In this document: positions 38,370-47,033 of the stretch, one piece after another
Numbering within the stretch: the first letter of the stretch is position 1
Layout of the letters: every line of letters begins with the position of its first letter
Assembly: GCA_031425655.1 (NCBI GenBank)
Contig: JANPJS010000312.1
Span: 1 to 64,000 of the forward strand
DNA length: 64,000 nt
Direction of reading: 5' to 3'
Source: Abditibacteriaceae bacterium
GTDB lineage: Bacteria > Armatimonadota > Abditibacteriia > Abditibacteriales > Abditibacteriaceae
The notes under the pieces: generated by a model
What the model was told of the DNA's origin: nothing
The model's input: only the letters and a program-made list of their open reading frames with translations
Database searches by the model: none
Position numbers and translations under genes: made by a program

Positions 38370-39491
38370 TTAGCGGCGTAGCTTCGAGCGAATAATGACG
38401 ACAGGTTCGGCGGGAGTTTCGCCGTTCATTAGGGTTTCGAGCATAGTGAAAAGCGCGGCCACAATTTCGGCGGGGTCAACTTCGATGAGCGTCAGGTCGT
38501 CTTCGTAGCCGTGCAGCGCCGTCGAGCCTTTGTTCAAGTGCGTGGCGATTTTAATATCCTGGCCGGGACGAATGCCCAGCCGGGCCAGAGCGACTAAAGC
38601 GCCGCGCGCCATCATGTCGTCAAGAATTACGATGCCGTCCGGGCGTGCCGTGCTTTCGCCGCATAATTCGCTGAGGGCGCGAAAACCTTGTTCCTGATTC
38701 GATTCCGACGGATGCGCCGGGATAGCCGCGCTGAGTTCGCTTTCGCGCCACACAAGGGCCGAATCGTAAGGAATGCCGGCTTTTTTGAGCGCATTTTTGA
38801 AGGCGTCAAGTTCGGGAAACGATTTTTCGCCCTCAGCCCGGCCCAATCCGCTGCCCTGTGGAATCAGGAGCGCAACGCGCCCGCAGCCTTGTGCGGCTAA
38901 GGTTTTTACGCCCAATCGCACGGTTTCGGCGTGGTCAATTTTCACGCGCCACGGCGCGAGATCGGTGTAAGCCAAAGCCGCCATCGGCACGTCTTGCTTT
39001 TGCAGCCAGAGCGCGGCTTCGGGATTTTGCTCGCCGACAAAAAGCACGCCGTGCAGTCGCCGCGCGCGAATCGCTTCGACTAAATCTTCATGCACCGGCG
39101 CGCCGCTGGGCGACGGCACGGCCAGAAACATACTGAAACTTTCCTGACCCGCAGCAGCGCGGCGGCGCGCTTCTTCGACGAGAAGCGATGCGAAAGGCGA
39201 GGTGTTCGGTTGAAAAATATCGCGGTCGTAAACCAGTCCTATGGTTTTCTGTTGCAGCCGCGACGACACGAAAATCCCGACGCCGTGTTTGCGCGTGATG
39301 ACGTTTTGCGCTTCGAGTTCGCTCAGCGCGCGGTTGAGCGTGACCACACTGACCTGCAATTCTTCGCAAAGCTGTTGCATGGTCGGAAGGCGCGCTTCGG
39401 GGCCGAGTTGATGCGCCAAATCGGTGAGATACGAGGTCAGGGCTTGGGTTTTGGTGCGATGGGAGAACGGCGAGAGCTTTGGAGTTGCCAT
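38370..39491 (-). CDS. GntR-HTH / LacI-type sensor regulator (AraR-like)
   Basis: RLPT...LC.ELQVS.VT.NRAL.ELE...I.RKHGVGIFV; C-terminal PDGIVILDD.MARG periplasmic-binding fold. Confidence 0.9.
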   Translation of the reverse strand: MATPKLSPFSHRTKTQALTSYLTDLAHQLGPEARLPTMQQLCEELQVSVVTLNRALSELEAQNVITRKHGVGIFVSSRLQQKTIGLVYDRDIFQPNTSPFASLLVEEARRRAAAGQESFSMFLAVPSPSGAPVHEDLVEAIRARRLHGVLFVGEQNPEAALWLQKQDVPMAALAYTDLAPWRVKIDHAETVRLGVKTLAAQGCGRVALLIPQGSGLGRAEGEKSFPELDAFKNALKKAGIPYDSALVWRESELSAAIPAHPSESNQEQGFRALSELCGESTARPDGIVILDDMMARGALVALARLGIRPGQDIKIATHLNKGSTALHGYEDDLTLIEVDPAEIVAALFTMLETLMNGETPAEPVVIIRSKLRR

Positions 39492-39581
39492 GATGAATTG
39501 ATGCGCAGTCTATCGCAAGACTGCCTTCCGCTGCATTCATTTCAGCGTATTTCAGTGCATTGCGTCAAACCTCGCAAGGCT

Positions 39582-39626
39582 AAAGCAAAGGCCGCCGCTC
39601 CTATCGGGAGCGACGGCCTTTGCTTT
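39582..39626. terminator. Intrinsic terminator
   Basis: aaagcaaaggccg.cgctcc-loop-ggagcgacggcctttgcttt. Confidence 0.75.
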
Positions 39627-39724
39627 TGATGCTGGGCAACTACAAATTGAGCGCGAAGTTAGCGTCGGGGACGCCAATACGGTTGAAATCAAGGCCGGTT
39701 TTTGCGCGGCCTTTTCAGCGAAGC

Positions 39725-40450
39725 CTACCGGTAGTTGTTTGCATCGCCGAATACTCCGTCGGGGGTATAGTCCAATCCAAGGCGCGCCGGCGCCGCGAGT
39801 GCGGCGGGGCCGGCGTTTGTGCCGCCGGTGCCGTTGCCGGTGGTGCCAACGCTTTTAGCCCACTTGACGTGACCATCGCCAAAGGCGTAATTGGCGCCTT
39901 CCAAATGTCGGTCGGCTATGATGTGACCAGCCTGATCGTCTGTGCTGTTGGCGTCTCCGGCATTGGCGTAGCGCCCGACCATGTTGGTCGTGTTCATGGA
40001 GAAAATCAGGCACTGAGTGGCAGTGCTGGTGCCTCTGGCGTCAATGACTGTAGGCGATAGCGCGGCAAAAGGTATGTCTGCTAAAGCGCGGCCAGCGTTT
40101 CCACCAAAACCTAAGTTATAGGTATAAGAGAGCGTTCTTCCACCGGTGTTGCTGGGGCAAACGAGCACCTGCCTACTCTTGATGTAAGGCTGAATAAGCT
40201 GGTGCCAGGCAAAGTGTGGCGACGGGTTGCCGCCGGTGCGAATCGGAACGGACAACTCGTCGTAATCTTGCGAATACTGAAGCATACCGAGGCCGATTTG
40301 CTTGAGATTGTTGGCGCAAGATGACTTGCGCGCATTTTCGCGCGCTCTTGCGAAAACCGGGAACAAAATCGCGGCGAGCAGCGCGATGATTGCTATGACA
40401 ACCAGCAGTTCGATCAGCGTGAAGGCGCGGCGTTTGGGATACGAATTCAT
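39725..40450 (-). CDS. DUF1559 prepilin-type N-methylation domain protein with H-X9-DG motif
   Basis: [54 protein letters not shown]. Confidence 0.95.
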   Translation of the reverse strand: MNSYPKRRAFTLIELLVVIAIIALLAAILFPVFARARENARKSSCANNLKQIGLGMLQYSQDYDELSVPIRTGGNPSPHFAWHQLIQPYIKSRQVLVCPSNTGGRTLSYTYNLGFGGNAGRALADIPFAALSPTVIDARGTSTATQCLIFSMNTTNMVGRYANAGDANSTDDQAGHIIADRHLEGANYAFGDGHVKWAKSVGTTGNGTGGTNAGPAALAAPARLGLDYTPDGVFGDANNYR

Positions 40451-40598
40451 GAGAAAACCTCTTCGAAATTGGATGTTTAATAGGATAACCAGATTACAGG
40501 ATAATTAAACACGCTTTAAGTAAAATAGCGATCAAGTGCGCCGAAGGTCACCGTAAACGCGGAGCAGCAAAACGGGGCGCGCCAGAACAATCACGCCG

Positions 40599-40634
40599 AA
40601 TAAAACCGCCCCGAAAGTTCGGGGCGGTTTTATT
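40599..40634. terminator. Intrinsic terminator
   Basis: aataaaaccgccccgaa-loop-ttcggggcggttttatt. Confidence 0.85.
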
Positions 40635-40657
40635 GTGGCTGTAACCGAGCCTCTCGT

Positions 40658-41497
40658 TTAGCCCACGCCGCGGCAAATGCCACCGAGCGCAACGTCGCAG
40701 TTGGTAGCAGGGATGGTCGTATTTGCATTCCCGTCTCCCACAGTGCCGTCGGTGTCGTAGTCAATGCCTCGGCTGGCCGGGCCTCGGCGGAATTCACCGG
40801 TATAATTGCCCATGCCTCCGAAACCGGGGCCGGCGTAGTTATCATCCACGTAATGAAGCCATTTGACATGGCCATCGGCGAAGGCATAGTTGGCGCCGTC
40901 TGAATGTTTATCGGCATCAATGGCACCCTCGGTTTCAGCGGCGCCCCCAGTCCATCCGGGCGAGGCGTTGTGATGGTTCGTGCTGCTGGGGCTAAGTAAA
41001 TAGCGTCCCACCACAACTTTTCCGGGCGTGCTGGAAGGGCAAAAAAAGGCAAGCGACTGGTCGGGCTGATTGGCCATGCCGTTGGCGTCAATAAAAAGGG
41101 GCGTCTGGCTGGTTTTTTGTATTTCGGCCAGAGCACGCCCGGCTCCGGCCAGCGAAGCGCTGTAGGTGTAACTGAGCGTGATATTGCCGGCGCTGCTGGG
41201 ACATTTGAACAGTTGCGAACTCTTGGCGTAAGGCTGAAGAATGTAGCGCCAGTTGAAATGCCTGCCGGTGGAGAAGCCGGAACTGGAGTAAGGCAGCGAA
41301 GTTTCGTCGTAATCTTGCGTGTATTGCATCCACGCCAGGCTCATTTGCTTGAGGTTGTTCGCGCAACTGGATTTGCGGGCGTTTTCCCTCGCGCGGGCAA
41401 AGACGGGAAACAGAATCGCGGCGAGCAACGCGATTATCGCTATCACGACCAGCAATTCGATCAGCGTGAAGGCGCGGCGTTGAACAGAATTTGTCAT
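40658..41497 (-). CDS. DUF1559 prepilin-type protein with H-X9-DG motif, paralogue
   Basis: Same N-terminus; [17 protein letters not shown]. Confidence 0.95.
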   Translation of the reverse strand: MTNSVQRRAFTLIELLVVIAIIALLAAILFPVFARARENARKSSCANNLKQMSLAWMQYTQDYDETSLPYSSSGFSTGRHFNWRYILQPYAKSSQLFKCPSSAGNITLSYTYSASLAGAGRALAEIQKTSQTPLFIDANGMANQPDQSLAFFCPSSTPGKVVVGRYLLSPSSTNHHNASPGWTGGAAETEGAIDADKHSDGANYAFADGHVKWLHYVDDNYAGPGFGGMGNYTGEFRRGPASRGIDYDTDGTVGDGNANTTIPATNCDVALGGICRGVG

Positions 41498-41593
41498 GAG
41501 TGAACCTCAGAAAGATCAGGCTACTCTTATTATTGCCCATCTTCACATGACCAGAACCGACACTAAGTAATCGTGCCAATATTCTGCGGTGAT

Positions 41594-41694
41594 GTAGGGA
41601 CGTGATTTATCAAGTCCGCTGCGAAACGTGCTGCGCAATGAAGACGGCCCACGCGCCAGTTGGTAGGAGCGGACGTGATAAATCATGTCCCTAC
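41594..41694. repeat. GTAG-type REP doublet (REPIN-like)
   Basis: gtagggacgtgatttatca.gtcc ... ggacgtgataaatcatgtccctac. Confidence 0.8.
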
Positions 41695-41723
41695 ATTTTG
41701 CCGCTTTGCTTTTTCGTGGTTAC

Positions 41724-43036
41724 CTAAGACATATCGCGGCGAAAAACAGCACCGTGGTCAACTTCGCCCACCGTTGTGAAGGAGCCGGCGATGCAAATTG
41801 TGTCGTGCGGTGCCGCTAAATCAAGCGCGCGTGTCACTGCCTCGGAGATGGGCACTAAGGTTTCTACGTCTTCGCAGTGCCGCCGGGCAACGATGGCGAG
41901 AAGTTCGGCGGCGGCGCGTGGCGACTGCGATTGCGTGGCGATAACGGTTTTTGCCAGAGGCGCAAGAAGCTCGGTCATCGCCGCGAAATCTTTATCGGCC
42001 AAAATTCCCAGCACTAAAATCAGGTTTTCACGCGGTATTATCAATTCATCGCGCAAAGCGTGCGCTAAATGCAAAGCGCCGTCGGGATTGTTGCAAACAT
42101 CGAGAATCACACGCGGATTTTCGCGCACGATTTCCAATCGCCCCGGCACCGTTGCAGAAACGAAATTATCGAAAGATGGTGCATGAATCGGCAGGCTATG
42201 CTCAGTTTGGAACGCATAAAACGCCGCGAGCGCAGTTTGCCGATTTACGCTCTGAAAACCGCCGTGGTGAAAATTCGACCGCGAATTTGTAAACGCCAGA
42301 CACTTTTGGAGATTTTCGGCATCGTTCGACCAAGCGGGAGCTAAAATCGGCCAAAATCGAGTGCCGCGCGCGTCGCAAAAGGCCTGAAACACGCGCAGAA
42401 CAGAGTTTTTCGTCTCCGCCGTAACCAAAACGCGGTCGGGGCGAGCGATTTCGACTTTATCGGCGGCGATGGCTTCGAGCGTATCGCCCAAGCGGTCGCA
42501 GTGATCGAGCGCGACGTGCGTAATCACCGAAACCAGTGGATTGGCCACATTCGTCGCGTCCCAACGCCCGCCTAATCCGACTTCCAAAACTGCGGCGCCC
42601 ACTTTTTTGCGCGCGAAATGCCAGAGGCCAAGCGCGGTCAGGGCTTCAAACTCCGTCGGTTGCCCCAATTCGGCGGCGACGGCATCAAGATGCGGCTTCG
42701 CATCGTCGAAAAGCGCATCCAATTCTGCATCCGAAATCGCGTCGGGAAAAGGGAGGCCGACTTCCGACTTCTGACTTCTGACTTCACAATTCGCAGTCGT
42801 TCGTTCCAGCGATACAAATGCGGCGAAGTGTAAAGCCCGATTTCTGCGCCGTCCGCCGCCAAAAGTTGCGCTAAAAATTCGCAGGTCGAGCCTTTGCCGT
42901 TGGTGCCGCCGACTAAAACGTGCGGATAGTTTTGCTGAGGCTGATTGAGGCGCGTCAGAAGCGCCTGAACACGTTCGAGGCCGGGTTGAATGCCGAAGCG
43001 TTGCAGATTTGCGAGATAGTTTTCAAAGCGCGTCAT
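41724..43036 (-). pseudogene. folC: Folylpolyglutamate synthase/dihydrofolate synthase, frameshifted as assembled
   Basis: N-terminal half (GTNGKGST, YTSPHL..WNER) and C-terminal half (T.FEALT, LEVGLGGRWDATN, PGRLE) lie in different frames; the switch is at a 4x7 nt repeat, 42758-42785. Confidence 0.85.
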
Positions 43037-43079
43037 AGATTTTCACAGGGGTATTCAGTTCTATCTTGGCGGTGCCTAA

Positions 43080-43270
43080 CCCCCGATTAAAATCGAGGTC
43101 TACCGCTACAAAGCCGACCTTCGTCGGCTGAACCAAGCAGGGATAGTCCGCGAAGGCGGACTTCGTAGCCGTAGACCCCGATTTCAATCGGGGGGCGAGC
43201 AGATGATGCCTTAAGTTGATGCCTATGGGGCACGGGACTTCGTAACCATAGACCGCGATTTAATCGGGGC
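43080..43270. repeat. REP-like element, same family as 25358-25462, with an extra right-end unit
   Basis: ccccgattaaaatcg, agtccgcgaaggcggact, and two tagacc.cgattt.aatcgggg units. Confidence 0.8.
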
Positions 43271-43358
43271 CGTATCGCGCCGCACAAGAACGGAATGACC
43301 CTGTGGCTTTTCATTTTAGCGATTGCCGATTACGCCTTGCCGCCGCACACTGAAGCGC

Positions 43359-44417
43359 GTGAACTTATCGGCAATTTTCGACGAAGCTGCCGCGCGGCGC
43401 GTGTTTCCCGGCGGCGTTGTCTTCACTGCGCGCGACGACCAAATTCGCGCGCACGAAGCGTTCGGCACCACGGCCTATGACGCTGCGATTTCCCGTCCTG
43501 TCTCGCTCAACACGCTTTACGATGTGGCTTCACTCTCGAAACTCGTCACTCTGACGGCCTTTCTCGTTGCCAAACGCTCTGCAAATGTCAGCGAAACCGA
43601 GCCGCTCGCGCGTTTTTTGCCGGCCTTCGACACCGATGATAAACGCGCCATCACGCTGCGCCATTTGATGATGCACAGCGCCGGTTTCGGCTTGCATTTA
43701 CAGCGCTTGCACGGCGAAGAATGCGCGACTTGGATTGAAAAAATCGCTGCGGCGCCTCTCGAAAACGCTCCCGGCGAAGAAGTGAATTACACCTGCACTG
43801 CGTATTTTCTGCTGGCGCGTGTCATCGAAAAATTATGCGGCGAAGCGGCGGATGCCTTTATCGAGCGCGAAATTTTTGCGCCGCTGAATTTAAAGCACAG
43901 CAGCTTTCAATCCCTTGCGCATTTTTCCTCCGACGAAATCGCACCGACTGAATTGAAAGATGATGGCAAACCATGGCACGGCATTGTGCATGATGAAGCC
44001 GCGCGACGATGGCAGAGCGAAACCGGCGGCTTTTGCGGCAATGCCGGCCTCTTTTCGACGGCGGCGGATTTGGCGCGTTTCTGCCGAATGTGGATAAGCG
44101 ATGGCGAAGATATTTTGCATCCCGACGACGTGCAATCTGCCTTCAACGACACGCGCTTGGAAAACGATGCGGGCGGCGTTTATCGCGGCTGGGGCTGGCA
44201 GTTCGACAACGAAACTCACATGACACGCGATGCGCCGCCGGGAACTGCCGGGCATCAAGGCTTTACGGGGCCGACGCTGTTTTTGAACCCGCACACGCGC
44301 GACATGGTGATCGTCCTCAACAATCGCGTTTATCCGACACGAAACGGCCCGGCGCGCTTTGTTTATCACCGCCGCATCGCGCACGAGCATTTTTCGAGAG
44401 TTGGAGCAATGCCGTAA
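43359..44417 (+). CDS. Serine hydrolase, beta-lactamase/AmpC-like family
   Basis: YDVASLSK (SxxK), ITLRHLM.HSAG, G.VHD..A, GNAGLFST, GHQGFTG; start uncertain. Confidence 0.9.
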   Translation: MNLSAIFDEAAARRVFPGGVVFTARDDQIRAHEAFGTTAYDAAISRPVSLNTLYDVASLSKLVTLTAFLVAKRSANVSETEPLARFLPAFDTDDKRAITLRHLMMHSAGFGLHLQRLHGEECATWIEKIAAAPLENAPGEEVNYTCTAYFLLARVIEKLCGEAADAFIEREIFAPLNLKHSSFQSLAHFSSDEIAPTELKDDGKPWHGIVHDEAARRWQSETGGFCGNAGLFSTAADLARFCRMWISDGEDILHPDDVQSAFNDTRLENDAGGVYRGWGWQFDNETHMTRDAPPGTAGHQGFTGPTLFLNPHTRDMVIVLNNRVYPTRNGPARFVYHRRIAHEHFSRVGAMP

Positions 44418-44633
44418 ATTCACCGCAGAGACGCAAAGGGCGCAGAGAAGACACGGAGACAAGAGAAGGGGAGACACGAAGAGATCATTGCTTGTTCGCT
44501 TCCGTGTCTCTTGTCTCCGTGTCTCTTGTCTCCGTGTCTCTTGTCTCCGTGTCTCCGTGTCTCTTGTCTCCGTGTCTCCGTGTCTCTTGTCTCCGTGTCT
44601 TCTCTGCGCCCTCTGCGTCTCTGCGGTGAATTT
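44416..44633. repeat. ACCGCAGAG-family inverted repeat with an internal GTCTCTT/GTCTCCGT tandem array
   Basis: ~51 bp arms with 1 mismatch; fills the gap between convergent stop codons. Confidence 0.85.
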
Positions 44634-45616
44634 TATTGTCCGGCGGCTTTGTAAATTTCGGCCATGACACGGCTTTCCTCGGCGGCTTCGGCGACGGGCA
44701 CGAGAGGCACGTTCTGGCCCAATTGCTTATCCCAAAACAACTCAAAAGCGTGCGGCAGAGCTTCGGGCAATTGCGTCCATTCGCCGCCGTCGGCGCCTTC
44801 GACAAGTTCACTGAAATAGCGCACTTTGCCATCGGCGATGATGATTTCGCCCTTCGTGCCGTGAATTTCGACCGGCGCGTGCAATTTCGGGTCAACCCAC
44901 GAGGCTTCCATCACGGCCAAAGCGCCGCTTTCGAAAGTGATGATACCGGCGCCGTATTCGTCAATGTCGCCGTAGCGCCGCGTTGCGGTTCCCACGCTGC
45001 CACAGACGCTTTTTACAGCGCCACAGGCCGGAATCATCACCCATAAAATGATGTCCAGCGAATGCGCGCCCAAATCGGCGAAACCGCCGCCGCCGGCTTC
45101 GTTTTTATCGGCAATCCAGCGCCAATCGGTGTCGAACCAGCCGCCCAAACTTCCCATGTGGCAGTTGGTGTGGCGCATTCGCGTAATGGTTCCGAGATGC
45201 CCGGCTTCCACTTCCTGCTTGATGAACTGCATCGCCGCGCTGCTGCGCTGAAAAAAGCCGGTCTGGAAAATCACGCCGGCTTTTTCAATCGCCGCCTGCA
45301 TTTGCGCGGCTTCTTCGCCCGTTGTGGCCAGCGGCTTTTCCGCGAAGATGTGTTTGCCCGCAATGGCCGCTTTTTCGACCAATTCGAGGTGCCGTGCGGT
45401 TTCCGAGCAGATAATAACGGAGGTGATTTCCGAGTCGCTCAAAATCGCGTCCACGTTGTCCACGAATGCGGCGTCGAGTTCTTCGGCGCGCTTCTGGCCG
45501 CGTTCGGCTTGCCAATCGTAAACCGCTTTGACGCGAATATCTCCGCGCTTTTTGATGGTGTTGATGAATCCCGGCGTGTGAATGTGCGCCACACCGAGAA
45601 AAGCTGTCGTTAACAT
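44633..45616 (-). CDS. Gfo/Idh/MocA family oxidoreductase
   Basis: H......A..AGKHIFAEKP, GGGGFADLGAHSLD. Confidence 0.92.
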   Translation of the reverse strand: MLTTAFLGVAHIHTPGFINTIKKRGDIRVKAVYDWQAERGQKRAEELDAAFVDNVDAILSDSEITSVIICSETARHLELVEKAAIAGKHIFAEKPLATTGEEAAQMQAAIEKAGVIFQTGFFQRSSAAMQFIKQEVEAGHLGTITRMRHTNCHMGSLGGWFDTDWRWIADKNEAGGGGFADLGAHSLDIILWVMIPACGAVKSVCGSVGTATRRYGDIDEYGAGIITFESGALAVMEASWVDPKLHAPVEIHGTKGEIIIADGKVRYFSELVEGADGGEWTQLPEALPHAFELFWDKQLGQNVPLVPVAEAAEESRVMAEIYKAAGQ

Positions 45617-45685
45617 GAAATAAAACCTTTCGTAAAAATCATCCTAATTTTAACCGACAAATGCGCGGCGCGTTATCCTAATCTC

Positions 45686-46681
45686 ATGGAAATCAGCCGT
45701 CGTAAATTTTTGGTTTTGGCCGCGAGTCTGCCCGTCGCGGCGTGGGCGGCGCCTTATGGAAACACGGCGCGCGATGTCGAAATCTGGCGCGAAAAGTGGC
45801 GCGATGCCAAGCGCGACCGCGACGTGCCGGTGAAGTTTTATTATCCGCTGCGTGGCGAAGCGCCGTATCCAGTCATCGTGTTTTCGCACGGACTGGGCGG
45901 TTCGCGCGAAGGCTACGAATATTTGGGCCGCTACTGGGCCGGTCAGGGCTACATTTCGATGCATGTGCAGCACATCGGCAGCGACGAATCGCTGCTGATA
46001 AATCGCGCCGACGTGCGCGCAACTCTGGCCGAAGCCGCCAACGCGCGCAATTCGTTTCAGCGCGCCCGCGACATTGTTTTTGCCCTCGATCAACTGGCGG
46101 CCATGAACGAAGCCGCCGCTTCGCCGTTGCGCGGCAAATTGGATTTAGCGCGCATCGGCATGGCCGGCCATTCGTTCGGCGCCAACACCACGCTGCTATC
46201 GTGCGGCATGAAGATGGCCGGGCCGCGCGGACAATCTTTTGCCGCGTTCGACCGGCGCATTAAAGCCGGTTTGGTTCTTAGCCCACCTGCGCCGAGAATG
46301 GGCGATTATAACTTGATTTTCGGCGCTATTCGCCTGCCGCTGTTGCACATGACCGGCACACGCGACGAAAGCCCCATCGCCGACGTTGGCACCACAGCGG
46401 CGATGCGCCGTTTGCCGTTCGACAACATTCGCGGTGCCGACAGCTATTTGCTGACGCTGCAAAACGGCGATCACATGGTCTTTTCAGGCCGCGCTGCACC
46501 GGGCCGCGACACGCGATTGGATGCGCGTCATCACGAACTGATTCTGCAAAGTTCCACCGCGTTCTGGGACGCTTATTTGCGCGACGACGTAAGAGGCCGT
46601 TCGTGGCTGCGCGGCGAATTTGCCGGCGAATTGGGCGATAGCGGCGTTTTCGAGCAAAAATCGGCGAAAGCAAAAGCTTAG
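45686..46681 (+). CDS. Tat-exported alpha/beta hydrolase (PAF-acetylhydrolase-like)
   Basis: SRRKFL signal; PVIVFSHGLGGS, GHSFG nucleophile, TGTRD, GDHM. Confidence 0.88.
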   Translation: MEISRRKFLVLAASLPVAAWAAPYGNTARDVEIWREKWRDAKRDRDVPVKFYYPLRGEAPYPVIVFSHGLGGSREGYEYLGRYWAGQGYISMHVQHIGSDESLLINRADVRATLAEAANARNSFQRARDIVFALDQLAAMNEAAASPLRGKLDLARIGMAGHSFGANTTLLSCGMKMAGPRGQSFAAFDRRIKAGLVLSPPAPRMGDYNLIFGAIRLPLLHMTGTRDESPIADVGTTAAMRRLPFDNIRGADSYLLTLQNGDHMVFSGRAAPGRDTRLDARHHELILQSSTAFWDAYLRDDVRGRSWLRGEFAGELGDSGVFEQKSAKAKA

Positions 46682-46701
46682 ACGACCTTTAGATTGAACC
46701 C

Positions 46702-46872
46702 ATGGCCCTCATTGCTATCGGAGATATTCACGGAAATTATCTCGCCCTAAACGACTTGTTAACGAAGGTCACATCGGAACTTGGTGCAGGCGACACACTG
46801 GTGTTTTTAGGCGACTACATTGATCGCGGGCCGGACAGCCAAAGCAAGCGTTTCCTCAATTCCGAATTATAA
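46702..46872 (+). pseudogene. Truncated PPP-family metallophosphoesterase
   Basis: Hand translation MALIAIGDIHGNYLALNDLLTKVTSELGAGDTLVFLGDYIDRGPDSQSKRFLNSEL*: GDIHG and GDYIDRG present, GNHE absent. Confidence 0.85.
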
Positions 46873-47033
46873 TTTGCGGCAACCCAAAGAATTTTTTGCT
46901 GTCGGAATCATTCCATTTCGCCCTCTTGACGCTGTTTCGCGCCAAAGCTGTCGAACTATAATAATTTCAGATTTCATTTTTGACGCATTTGTGCTGCATG
47001 AGAGATATGAACAACATCCAAGCTCGGATTTCG

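Noticed and set aside
44500..44600. Tandem repeats as a possible CRISPR array
   Set aside because: Units are 7-15 nt and contiguous, with no unique spacers and no cas genes
44359..44895. ORFs with CLRVS/RDTET repeats
   Set aside because: Translations of the non-coding repeat element overlapping real genes
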